Assembly: GCF_006345805.1 (NCBI RefSeq)
Contig: NC_042997.1
Location: forward strand, 156,674,001 to 156,738,000
Length of the DNA: 64,000 nucleotides
Source of the DNA: Octopus sinensis
Lineage: Eukaryota
Direction: 5' to 3'
Numbering within the stretch: position 1 is the first letter of the stretch; every line of letters starts with the position of its first letter. Positions 37,192 through 48,905 of the stretch are shown piece after piece. Made by a program: the position numbers and the translations under genes. The notes under the pieces were generated by a model. The model did not search any database. It was not told where the DNA came from and worked only from the letters and a program-made list of their open reading frames with translations.

Positions 37192-37804
37192 CAAGGGAGG
37201 GCTGAAAGACGTGGTTGGAAGCCCAACTTTCTGAGTTCTTTTACAGGGTTTAGAAAAACTGAAGGACTACTGAAATAAGTGTGTGAATCTGAGGATGGAA
37301 TATGTTAAATAAAATCATTGCAAAGACCTGTTGGGGCAAATGAAATCGAAATCAAATTCGATAACTGTCATTTGTGCTTGTGGAGCACTAAGAGCACCAT
37401 CCGAGCGTGATTGTTGCCAGAGCGGCAAACTGGCGTTTGTGCCGGTGGCATGTAAAAAGCACCATTCAAGCATGATCATTACCAGTGTCGCCTTACTGGC
37501 ACTTGCGCTGGTGTGCAAGTGACATGTAAAAAAAAGAAGAAAAACGAATTTTTCGAGGCCATTACCAGTACCGCCTGACTGGCCCCACTACACTCTCGGA
37601 GTGGTTGGTGTTAGGAAGGGCATCCAGCTGTAGAAACTCTGCCAAATCAAGATTGGAGCCTGGTGCAGCCATCTGGTTCACCAGTACTCAGTCAAATCGT
37701 CCAACCTATGCTAGCATGGAAAGCGGATGTTAAACGATGATGATAATTAACTCATCCTCCTGTATTTTCTTTTACCCAAAGTCAAGAACTTTTCAGCACC
37801 CCTT
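37192..37804. mobile_element. Same mariner MITE interrupted by an RTE-tail insertion (about 37319-37743)
   Basis: Left part (...aataaaatcat) and right part (ataattaactcatcctcctgtattttc...cttttcagcacccc) join to match the 46775 copy. Confidence 0.75.
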
Positions 37805-38382
37805 CACAGTCCCCAATCACATAGAGGAATGGTATGTCTAGAGTAGTGAATAAATGGCTTACACTCAGTCATCTAAGCATATCTCATTGACCTATATCAT
37901 ATTACTAAACATCTATCTATTTTATCATGGTTGACTGGGTTTACACAAGGAAAAAACAAAACAAAAATGGCATGCTTTGATTATCATGTTGCACTCTGCA
38001 CAACCAGTAAGTGTGTGATTATGATGGACTGTATATACTCAAGTTAGGCATTTTTTGAAAGCTGAATTTATGGATTGAACTGCAAAAATATCGTAGCTGG
38101 GATAGGGGGCTTTGCTGTCCTGGGCAGCTGTATAAACCTATATAGATAGGCTTGTGGGAACTGGGGAGCAAACTTAAGGGTCATCCTGGACAGCTCACAC
38201 TCTGGTTACACTACTGCATGACAGCTATGTCATGAATATACTTGATGATGATGTTGATGATGATGATATTGGTGATACTATCAGCATAATTTCAACAACA
38301 ACAACATAATTACCTCTCATCTTCGCAATAAAATTAAAGAGACCGTACTTAGATTAAATATGCTTTAAGTATCTATTTAAAT

Positions 38383-38500
38383 CAGTGGTTCTCAACTGGG
38401 GTCCATATGTCCTCTGTGAGTTCATATAAAATTGTTGAGGGGCCACACAACAAAATAGTAAACTGGGATCCACAATAGTAATTTAAGGGCCCCTGAAAAT
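38383..38500 (+). mobile_element. Possible hAT (Charlie-like) terminal fragment
   Basis: Begins CAGTGGTTCTCAAC; matching other end not found. Confidence 0.35.
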
Positions 38501-38914
38501 ATAAAGAACTTTAGAACTTTCTGTTATAAATCTTTAATCTTTTACTTGTTTCAGTCATTGGACTATGGTCATGATGGAGCAATGTCTTGAAGAGTTTAAA
38601 CAATCAAATTAGCCCTAATAATTGCTTTTAAAATTTGGGATCTATTTTATTAATCTCTTTTTCTGAACCACTAAGTTACAGATATATCATCATATCTTTA
38701 CACCCCACATCTTTACACATACACATACATACACATATCATATCACAACACACCACCCATACACCCATCCCCATATCTCCACACCCACACATACATACAC
38801 ACGTCCAGACCACCAGCCCTCTTTCACATGCACATACATACTCTCTTATATACACACGCACCTTCATGTTGGGGCAAAGTCACTTGACCCTGTTATCTCC
38901 CCTACTATCCCTCT

Positions 38915-39190
38915 AGCGTCTAACGTCTGACCTCTGATCTCTGACTTTTGCCTGAAATCAGAACGCCATGTTGGACTGTTAGCTCCTACACGCATTTTTT
39001 TCTCTCCTTGTTTCTTTTCTGTGTATCTTTCTGTCGAAGAGCGTAGACTCATAACGTAAAAGACTTGTTTTATTTCTATTCCTGAACGCCATACTAATAC
39101 AATTGTTTGTTTGTACTCCACCTGCCTTCGCCTTTTGTTTATTTTCGTAAACCTGCCTTTGTCTTTTGATTATTTTCGTAAACTTTCCCG
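38915..39190 (+). mobile_element. CpG-rich, T-rich interspersed repeat remnant (possible Penelope-like LTR)
   Basis: Hammerhead-like architecture at 39026-39063; composition unlike the flanking intron. Confidence 0.4.
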
Positions 39191-39191
39191 T

Positions 39192-39223
<32 letters not shown>

Positions 39224-39708
39224 CATACACGATGGGCTTCGACACAGTTTCCATGACACAGTTTCCATCTACCAAATTCTCTTACAAGGCATTAGTTGAC
39301 CTGAGGATAGAGTAGAAGACATTTGCCCAAGATGCAGTGCAGTGTACTAGAAGCTGAAACCTCGTGGTCGCAAAGCAAGCTTCTTAACCACACAACCATG
39401 CCTGTGCCTCAGTCCAATCTATTTGGTTTTGTTGCAAAGATGAGGCACAATTCTGTTGTTATTGTTATTGTTATGATGATCATCATCATTGTCATCCTAA
39501 CAACTACAACAATAAAATTATGACTCATTTTTACAATAAAATTATATAGATTGGATATTAAAAATAATTATCAGATCAAATATATTTTGAGCATCTCCCA
39601 AAATACAATCTACAAAATACCTCACAACTTTATTATAAATAGTGAAAAAAGTGAAAAATGAAAAGAAAAAGCTAGGGATTGGGAAAACTTGCAAATATTT
39701 TGAAATAC

Positions 39709-39975
39709 CTCTGTTCCATAAAATTCTGAAGTAAGACCTGCTGCTTGTATTTCGTTGAAATCCTCCTCTGTCACAGACTTTATAAAGAAATGTAGTACAA
39801 AATTTCTTTCTTTGTAAATATGTGATACAAGATGGTCACTATCTTTGATAGAGTATTTGTCAAGATTTAAAGCAATTTCTTCTTGTAGCTCTCGGTTTAG
39901 TCCCATCACAATTGTTTCATTTGCCTCCACAGCGCCACCAGGAAATCCTATGCATCCATCAAAGCGAAACTGCAT
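39709..39975 (-). CDS. NUDT16: NUDT16 exon 2 (Nudix box)
   Basis: Acceptor ttttag|ATG and donor GAG|gtattt. MQFRFDGCIGFPGGAVEANETIVMGLNRELQEEIAL contains the family MQxRFDGxxGFPGG motif and a Nudix box. 267 nt, phase 0/0. Confidence 0.95.
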
Positions 39976-40084
39976 CTAAAAGAAATAAAAACAAATGCCA
40001 AAGAAGTGGTCATTGTTTTCTTCTTATAACAACTACTGTTTGTAGATTCATGTATTAAAGTGGATGTGTGTGTGTGTGTGTGTG

Positions 40085-40430
40085 TGAAGATGCATAGCTC
40101 AATGGTTACAGTGTTGGGCTTGCAATCATAAGGTTGTGAGTTCAATTTCCAGACCAGGCTATGTGATGTATTCTTGAGCAAAACACTTTATTTCATGCTG
40201 CTCCTGTTTATGCAGCTGTTGAAATGAGTTGTGATACTACTGGTGCCAAGCTGAATCAGCCTTTGCCTTTCCCTTGGACAACATTGGTGATGTGAAGAGA
40301 GGAGACTGGTATGCATGGGTGACTGCTGGTCTTCCACAAACAACCTAGCCCAGACTTGTGCCTTGAAAGGGAACATTCTAGGTACAATCCCTTAGTCATT
40401 TGTGACCGAAGGGGGTCATTACCCTTTTAC
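40085..40430 (+). mobile_element. tRNA-derived SINE with CORE-like segment
   Basis: gcatagctcaatggtta...gagttcaatttcc head, then gtattcttgagcaaaacacttta. Related fragment at 10992-11130. Confidence 0.6.
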
Positions 40431-40444
40431 TCTTTATAACTATA

Positions 40445-40481
<37 letters not shown>

Positions 40482-40789
40482 TAGTTATAGGATTCATTAG
40501 AATCTAGGTACATCAACACATAGGACACCAGAAGTGGCTAGGTAGGATTCACAGTGAGGTAAAACCAGCACGGTGAGTATCACACGTTAGCAGGATACTG
40601 TAACTCTGTATGTACCAAATTCAATTTATACACTAGCTCTGACTCAGGGATGATTCTAGGTGTAGTGTAAGTATAAGAAGAGAACACAAATTGAGATTAA
40701 AATTTATGACAGATGTTTCAGTAGAACTTTACTGATGTATTCATAGAGTGATCAGCCGTGATGGATGTTTAATACTATACGTTTTGGAG

Positions 40790-40870
<81 letters not shown>

Positions 40871-41497
40871 TGAGAGATACATACATACTTATATACATAT
40901 ACAAATATATATATATACACACACATATATATGAAATTGTTTTAGGTTTTATTATTATTGAGAGAGCAGTGCATGCCATCATAGTGACACTGGGGTAAAA
41001 TATACGAAGCCCTGTATACCCATCATGACTACCTGTCTGATAAGGGTACACCAGGCACATGCATCACAACCATATGTGTGTGACATGGTAATCTCATATC
41101 AATATAAACAGCGCATGACCTTGCAGGTGGGGCCCAGTTAGAATCTTCTTCTGGTCAAGTAGCTCATCTCACTCAAAAGGTCCTTGAATAAGGATTCTTT
41201 AAGGATGTTGAATGAACCACCCATGTTTATCCAAACCTCCAAGAATTGCTTTCAACACACAGCTATGATGCTCCCCCACTACTTCTGCTCATGATCAAAG
41301 ATGCACATATCATCAGCCACTATGGGACATGGTCAACTGGTTATGGTCAAACAAATGACAAGCAAATCTGTGGTATTGAGCAGAATATTTGCTGTAGCCC
41401 ATCTTTTATATCAAGACAAAACAATGTACATGATAACATTTCCAATCAGTTAAGATCAGAAGCCATGAGAGCCACTGTCTTGTACTGCATCAGGGCA

Positions 41498-41528
<31 letters not shown>

Positions 41529-43628
41529 TATTATTATTATCACTATTATTAAGGCGGGAAGCTGGCAGAATCGCCAGGATTCTGGGCAAAATGCTTAGCA
41601 GCCTTTCGTCCTTCTTTATGTTCTTGATATTATATCCATCAAAGAATGTTTATGAACACCCATTTGCATGCTGGGCGAAATGCTTAGCAGTATTTCGTCC
41701 ATCTTCACATTCCGAGTTCAAATTCTGTCGAAGTCGACTTTGCCTTTCATCTTTTCAGGGTCATTAAAATAAGTACCAGCCGAACACTGGAATCAATGTA
41801 ATCAACTAGCCCCTCCCCCGAATTTCAGGCCTTGTGCCTATAGTAGAAAGGATTAATTAGTCACACATCTGGCCCTTGAAAGCCTTTAAAGAAGTCCAAT
41901 TTCTTGCAACCTCTCTGATCAGATCTCTAGTCTATGGATAATTCAATCCAGTGGCTTCTTGATGAGCTAGCGATCACATGTCTTAAATTTTTCTATTCTA
42001 CCTGCCCATTTCTGAATAACCTATATATATAAAAAAAAAAAACGAAAACCATTATCGGTGTTACCCTTTCCCATTTGAATAAGTTTTTAAAAAAACGAAA
42101 CAAAATAATAATCATATTATCGAAAAGCAACATAATTTACAAAAGTAAACAGTAAAATCTGTCCACTTTTTCTATTTTTCTTTTTTTTTCTCTCCTTTTA
42201 CCGCTTTTTCCTTTTTTTCTGTCTTTCTTTTGTAAAAACTATATTAGATAAAATTAAATTTGATTTATTGATGAAAAAAAAAAGGAGTTAAATAAATAAA
42301 AAGGTATGCACACTCCTTAAGTTAAACATTATACCAGGGGATACTAAAAAAAGATCTTGGAGCCACCCAGAATACAGCATTCCCGTCATTAATCATAAGG
42401 CTGAAACGTTAGGATGCAAATATCCTCACAATCGTCGTCTGCACACTTTGGTGAGACAGGACGTCGTCAACGATGTCAAAAACTCCTTTGTCGGTGTCCC
42501 AGCTCACCTGAATGCTGTGTAAATGTTACTGAATTCATCGACAAATCACGGTATTTTAGTATCTTATTCTATTTAGTAATGGACACGAATGACAGCAGAA
42601 CCTCTAACCGAGATATAACTGAGCACTTAGCAGTGCGTGGAATATATCAAACAAACTCTTTTCTGAATAGGTTCGAAAATAATGTAAATTATTACAAATT
42701 TACATTTATTTCAAATTCTTAGTAATTACACGGAATAAACACCCACAAATTCTGTATTTATTGTTATTATTTCTTTTTATTTCGACCTGCTTTAAAAAGA
42801 AAAAACAAGCACTCGTCAAAGAAAACGCGTAAGTTAAAAAGATACATAGTAGTTTTAAGCAGACTACAGCTTCGCTTGTTACTATGGAAACAAGCACCAA
42901 TATATCTGTAGTCTTTCAATTGGTTAAAATTCACAAAAATTTTGCAAACATTTAAAGTTGTTCACTTTCAATTTATTAATTTATAGCAAAAAAAAAAAAA
43001 ATTACATTTTCATAATTAACATACAAAACTGAATCAGTAAACCAGATTTGAAGACGATCGTGATAGCATCAAAAATGATCTGCCAAATCTTCATATCACA
43101 TTCTACTGTCTGAAAGAAACTAGAAAGGAACCATATGTGATGTAATCCTAAAAACAGTGTCAAGGAAAAACAGACGAAGCACTTATGGTTAAAATGCTCT
43201 CGCTGGTCTATTTATTCAAGTGAAACAACATACACCTCACATTGTGTCTCTCGAACATCGATATAATAGATACTACGTGTACAACTCCAACTGGATGGTC
43301 CTGTTTCACAGTGCCTTGCACAGTACAGTATTAATAAACTTGAATCATTTATATCAATGTACAGGTATCTGTATTTCATTTCATTATCTAAGTAAGTTTA
43401 ATATTTGTTTAATTTAATGTGTTGACGAAGGTGACTGTTCTTGGTTCGGAAATATCAGCACTCAGGAAATGTTTTGGAACCAAATGTTGCTGAAAATCCT
43501 AGATACATTAAGATAATATTGTCTTAAGGTTCATTATAGCGGGATTAAAAAAGAAAAAAAAAGACGATGATCAAGATTGGAGCGGCTTTGTTAGGCTTCA
43601 CATCACCTGTAGCTAAACGATAATTATA

Positions 43629-43789
43629 GGCGTAGAAGTGGCTGTGTGGTAAGTAGCTTGTTTACGAACAATATGGTTCCAGGTTCAGTCCCACTGCGTG
43701 GCACCTTGGGCAAGTGCCCTACTATAGCCTCGGGTCGACTAAAGCCTTGTGAGTGGATTTGGTAGACGGAAACTGAAAGAAGCCCGTCG

Positions 43790-43826
<37 letters not shown>

Positions 43827-44024
43827 GTGTGTGTATGTCCCCCACAACATCGCTTGACAACTGATGCTGGTGTGTTTACATCACCGTAACTAAGCGGTTC
43901 GGCAAAAGCGACCGATAGAATAAGTACTAGGCTTAGAAAGAATAAGTCCTAGGGTGGATTTGCTCGACTAAAGGCGGTGCTCCAGCATGGCCACAGTCAA
44001 ATGACTGGAACAAGTAAAAGAGAA
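43629..44024 (+). mobile_element. Full-length tRNA-derived SINE (family A) with CpGs intact, in NUDT16 intron 1
   Basis: A-box-like TGGCTGTGTGG 43639-49, B-box-like GGTTCAGTCC 43682-91, central (TA)n(TG)n, tail ...gactggaacaagtaaaagag. Many relatives in the window (e.g. 66-200, 6824-7690, 7700-7850, 8380-8520, 31270-31545, 39225-39410, 49110-49470, 60200-60370). Confidence 0.85.
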
Positions 44025-44160
44025 TACAAATATGAAACGTCAAATTTTCGTCTACATCTTTTAGTTTTAGTATTTCCAACTTAGAACAACAAAATTTAAT
44101 AAAGCGGAAAACGGCCGAGATAGAAAGAGAAAAGGACGAACAGCAGATAAACATGCTTAC

Positions 44161-44373
44161 CATGATGTTAGCTTTTATCGTGTTCCCAAACCAAGCTTTA
44201 TTCGTTCGGCAATATATCATACAATGGGCGGCATGGTCATATTCCGACGTAGGAACATCATTAACACGAGGAGATAGAAGTCGAACGAAAGTCATTTCCG
44301 AACTGTTGTCACATTGTGATCGGTCGTCGTCGGGGCAGCTGTTCATGACGACTCCTTCTGTGAAACCCGCCAT
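44161..44373 (-). CDS. NUDT16: NUDT16 (U8 snoRNA-decapping Nudix hydrolase family) exon 1
   Basis: ATG at 44373. MAGF...EYDHAAHCMIYCRTNKAWFGNTIKANIM matches the family HACHAxLY...LFG..IP...IL pattern. Donor ATG|gtaagc at 44160, phase 0. Start codon choice is less certain than the 3' part. Confidence 0.85.
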
Positions 44374-45303
44374 TCCTTGCTGTTGTTAATAAAGTGAAGT
44401 AAACCAACCGTAAAAAAAAAAAGCAGACAGCTAATCTAAGTTCTATGTAACAAATAAAACCTCTATGTGAATATATTTCTTATAAGATACATTATTGTCT
44501 ATGTGTTTAAGTTAATTTTGTAAATTATCCAGAATTCGGATGGATTTTAATAAAGTATGTTTTTCCTAATTGAACTATTTGAACTACTATCGATTTTCAG
44601 TTTCGTTTTGTGTTTTTTTTCAACGTCCATGCGTTAACTGGCGTGTTTACTTGTATTTAAACTCTTTATTTTTTATATTTTATCTTATCTCTTTATTAAT
44701 TTTATACTAATTTACAAGAGTAAAAATTAATATATAATAAAAATAAATAAATAAATAAGCATGCCCACTCTCTCAATTATATATCGTACCCGGATATACG
44801 ATTGCTGCCCTCCAAAAACTTTTGTGATATTCCCAAATATTCAAGATATATCTGCAGGTGATTGTGAGGGTTGGGCATCATCTGATAGTGTTACGAAGGA
44901 GGAGCACCAACGATAACAAAACCTTTATTGTCAAAGGGCCAAGAAGCAAACCTATTATCAAAAGTGTCCCAGTCACGAGACTGTGTCGTCTTTTTGCATA
45001 TGAAGAGCTTAATAGTTCAATGTGTACTTTTAGACTGCTGGGTGTAATTTAAAGAAAATTTGACTGCTATTTCTAGCAGGTCCACAGACCACGTAGAAGC
45101 TACCGTTTGCTGAAGTTTGGCACTACAAAAGTTTTTCCATAAAATCATGAATATGAGAACACTTTCGGAAGGATGTGTTTTGAACATCAGAACATCAAAA
45201 ACTAGGTGTTTTTTGTGCGTTGGTGTTAAACATATTACTAAAATTTCATACACAATATTCATCGTACATTAATTATTTAAAGCTGTTCGATAATTGATTA
45301 TTC

Positions 45304-45705
45304 GGCGGACATAAAGAATGTGGACCACATCCCCTTTCGTTCTTTTTTTTTTTTTTTTTACAGAATACCCCATTCTCGAGTACGGAGATACTGATTCGGC
45401 AAAAAAAAAAACCGCATTTAAAAATTTTAATTTCCCCCACCCTTCCCCAAATTCTTCAATTTTCACTTTCTTTTTTCAGAAATTTCTTTTTGCGAAAAAC
45501 GTAGAAAAATACGGAGATTATGATTCTAAAAAGAAATTTCTGAAAAAAGTGAAAATTGAAGAATGAGAGGTGGGGGAGGGGATTCAAATTTTAAAATGCT
45601 TTTGCAGAATCAGAATCTCCGTACTCAAAAATGGGGATTCTGTAAAAAAAAAATAAAATAAATAAATAACAAAAGTGGGTGCGCTCCACATTCTTTACGT
45701 TCGCC
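45304..45705. mobile_element. Foldback/MITE element with long inverted arms upstream of NUDT16
   Basis: Arms ggcggacataaagaatgtgga...cagaaatttcttttt and aaaaagaaatttctg...tccacattctttacgttcgcc are imperfect reverse complements over about 190 bp each. Confidence 0.8.
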
Positions 45706-46774
45706 TATTATTCTTAGATTGTAGATTAATTACAGTATCTATTTTGTATATTAATTATGTAAGATGCAAATTGAGTATTTTGTTTCTTTATCTAGTTTAT
45801 CTGTAACGTTAACGTATTTCTTTTTGCATCAATATTGCAAATATAGAAACTATTAGTAGTATTTACTAGCATTAATAGCAGTACTTGCTTTGTACATGAA
45901 TCTGGATTTAATACAAAGAAACTACAAACATTACTTTACTACACTATACTATACTATACTATACTATGCTTAATCGCTATTTCAGCAAATGGTGATAGCT
46001 ACACTTGGTGGAGGTAAATAATATGCACACTACCCCTTTTCGGCATAACAAAAACCCTAACCCCAAACGCCAGGTGTGCGTATTCTTTACCTTTGCCTTA
46101 TACTTCGTTGATGAGGTCATCATTGGATCGAAACATGAATGGAATTGCCTCCTGTATATTTTTAATAATAAAATATTTAATCTTTGTTCAATATTGATTT
46201 AGTAATAGTAATTTGCTAATACTATTTATTCATCACTACATAATTATTTCTCGTTAGCTCTTTGATTCTCTTAGCATTAAACATTTACACTGATTTAATT
46301 ATATATTAACGATAACTACATTAACTATATTATATCATAGTAGTTCATGCTATATTGTGTTATACTTATTTACAGCAATATCACATTGTAAACACCAGTT
46401 CTTGTCAAATTAGCAAAGATAAGCAATGCCAGTCCAAGTTATTTCTAATTAACATGTTAGAATTAATCCATTGTCCAGTGTAGCACCACTTGGCACCACT
46501 GCGGGTGCCCTTAGCAGAGCCCACTCTGCTGCATGCATTTGAATTAGATCTAGTTTGAGGATGCCTTCCTTCATATCTTCCAAATGTCTCAGAAACCCTA
46601 TGAAGCTGTGGTCACCAACCTCTTTTTCTACTATGAACTGGTTTTATGCAGGACAGTTTTGCCACAGACTGGGATATCACAACCATAACAAAACACAAAG
46701 TGCATGATATATAATTTAATCATTAGATATATAATACATCTATAATTTAATTATTAGATATATAAAACGTATAT

Positions 46775-46990
46775 GAGCAGGAATTGAAAAGTTTCTGGCT
46801 TTAAGGGTATCATGAAAGGCCTGGTTGGAGGCCTCACCTGAATTCTTTTATAGGGCTCAGAAAAACTGAAGGACTGCTGCAATATGTGTGTGAATCTGGG
46901 AAAGAATATGTTGAATAAAATCATAATTACCTGATACTCCTGTATTTTCTTTTACTCAAAACTAAGAACTTTTCAGAACCCCCTTGTATA
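46775..46990. mobile_element. Mariner-type MITE (about 215 bp)
   Basis: Ends tatgagcaggaattgaaaagtttctggc / aagaacttttcagaacccccttgta resemble the mariner TIRs at 25133/26398. Second copy at 37192-37804. Confidence 0.7.
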
Positions 46991-48334
46991 TGTCGATATG
47001 GCTCACCAGATGAGCTCCTGGGTCCTCAGAGCATTCTGATCCAGACAGCAAGATGTCATCATTCCCTTCTTCTCCTCCATTTTCTGGCAACATCTAGAAT
47101 ACTACTGCCCCTGTGGTCTACTCACACTAAACAAAACATTTCAAGAACTGAGTCACCCTAGAGAGCATTCATTAAAAAAAGTAAAATAAAGGGCATGACT
47201 GATCTTGATTATGGGACTGCCTTAAAACATTCAATCTTTATTCTCTCCAATGCTGCTATGAGCACTACATCATTTGCACCATGTGGAGAACATACCACCA
47301 GCCTTGCCCAAGCAACCTTAACATAACATTCAGAATTTATCCAAGGCTAGGGCCATGTGACATACACCTCCAACACAATTCAGGATCACAACGCATAAGT
47401 TAACTGTAACACAATTTCTTTTCCTTGACAGGCCCTGTTTATTTAACATTATCCCAAAACAAATAAAAGCAGTAAAATCCCATCACCTTCAGATGGAACC
47501 TGAGTAAGTTTCTTCAATGGATACCAGAGAAGCCGCCTAAACCTGGATACATCTCAGTAGACAACAACTCTCTACTTAAATGGGACATGATACCACAAAT
47601 CTTCACTTTAAAATGGCTTAACAGGCCTGGGCTAATCTTTACTGAAATATATCTAACTTATCTAAGTTATTATATATAATATGATGATGATGATATATAA
47701 GGCAACAATGCCCTCCAAACTGCGATAGTCGATAAAATAGAAATAAAAATAACTATTCTTTCTGTGTGATCGAATGTGAAATGATCCGTGTCCCCAAACT
47801 GGTGCACAGCCTGGTTGTTAGGAACCTCTGCTGTAAAGAATCACAAGAACTGTCCTTCCCTCCTAACTAAATGTAAGTTCTGAGAACAATAAGAATGATA
47901 TTGTTGTTTTCTTTAATTTATTTAGTAAGCACTGAATAGAGATATACTTAAAATAATGAATGAGTAAAATACTCTGGGACTCATGCTGCATTAAAAATTT
48001 TTTTTTTCTCATGAGGGAAGGTAGTGTTTAGTGACCTTTACTTGGCCTGAATTCTTATAATAGAATAGACTACACTAAAGGTATCCAGGATACTAGGATG
48101 TGATGTTAAACTGGGTGATAGATAAAGGTTACCCTCCATGTAGGCAATGACAGGATTTATACTCAGAACACAAAAAGCTGGAACAAATACTGCAAGGAAT
48201 CCCATCCAATGTTCTTAAGGTTCCACCAACTCAATGCCCCGGATTGGTACTTTTTTAAGGATCTCAAAATGATGAAAAACGTAACCTTGGCAGGATTTGC
48301 ATACCATGAAGCTCTCCATTTGATACCCTAATTA

Positions 48335-48905
48335 CTTTGTCAATTCATACTTGATGAAACAAGAGAAGAAATTTTGGAATGAGGACAACTGTGAAGAAGT
48401 GCTGAACTCTAATGGTGCAGGGAACCTGTGGAACAGGAAGACATGGGGTGAGGTGGTGAGGCATGACCTTTGAACATTGGGCTTCATGGAAGCAATGACA
48501 AATGACTGAGACCTTTGGCATTATGCTATGCTTGAGAAGACCTATCAAACCAAGTAAAATAGTAGTCATAACCGATGTCAGTGTCATGTAACTGGTATGT
48601 AAAAAGCACCCTTGAACGTTTGGGTTAGGGTTAGGCTGGAGCATAAAAAGCACTGCTTGAATGTTGACAGGTACCCGAGACCTTTGGCAATATATTGTGC
48701 TTGAGAAGACTTGTCAAACCAAGTGAGATCGTAGTTGTGGCCAATGCTGGTACTGTGTAACTGGCATTCATGCCAGTGGCATATATAAGGCACCCACTAC
48801 ACTCTTGGCATTCAACCATAGAAACCATACGAAATCAAATTGGAACCTGTTGCAGCTTTCAGTCAAACCGTCCAACCCATGCCAGCATGGAAAACGGATT
48901 GATGA
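48335..48905 (+). mobile_element. Degenerate RTE LINE 3' end
   Basis: Homologous by eye to 29880-30690 (ggaacctgtggaacaggaagacatggggtgaggtggtgaggcatgacctttgaac ... ccaacccatgccagcatggaaaacgg). Confidence 0.75.

Larger units (their letters stand above)
42050..46150. promoter_or_regulatory. CpG-retaining domain around the NUDT16 5' end (likely promoter island)
   Basis: Visibly higher CG dinucleotide density than the rest of the window, spanning NUDT16 exon 1. Judged by eye, not counted. Confidence 0.55.

Noticed and set aside
42414-42722. 102-aa ORF in the CpG-rich NUDT16 intron 1
   Set aside because: No recognisable domain or splice support; higher GC lowers stop frequency.
43629-43700. tRNA-like A/B boxes here and in other SINE heads
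   Set aside because: They are SINE promoters; no complete cloverleaf tRNA gene was seen in the window.
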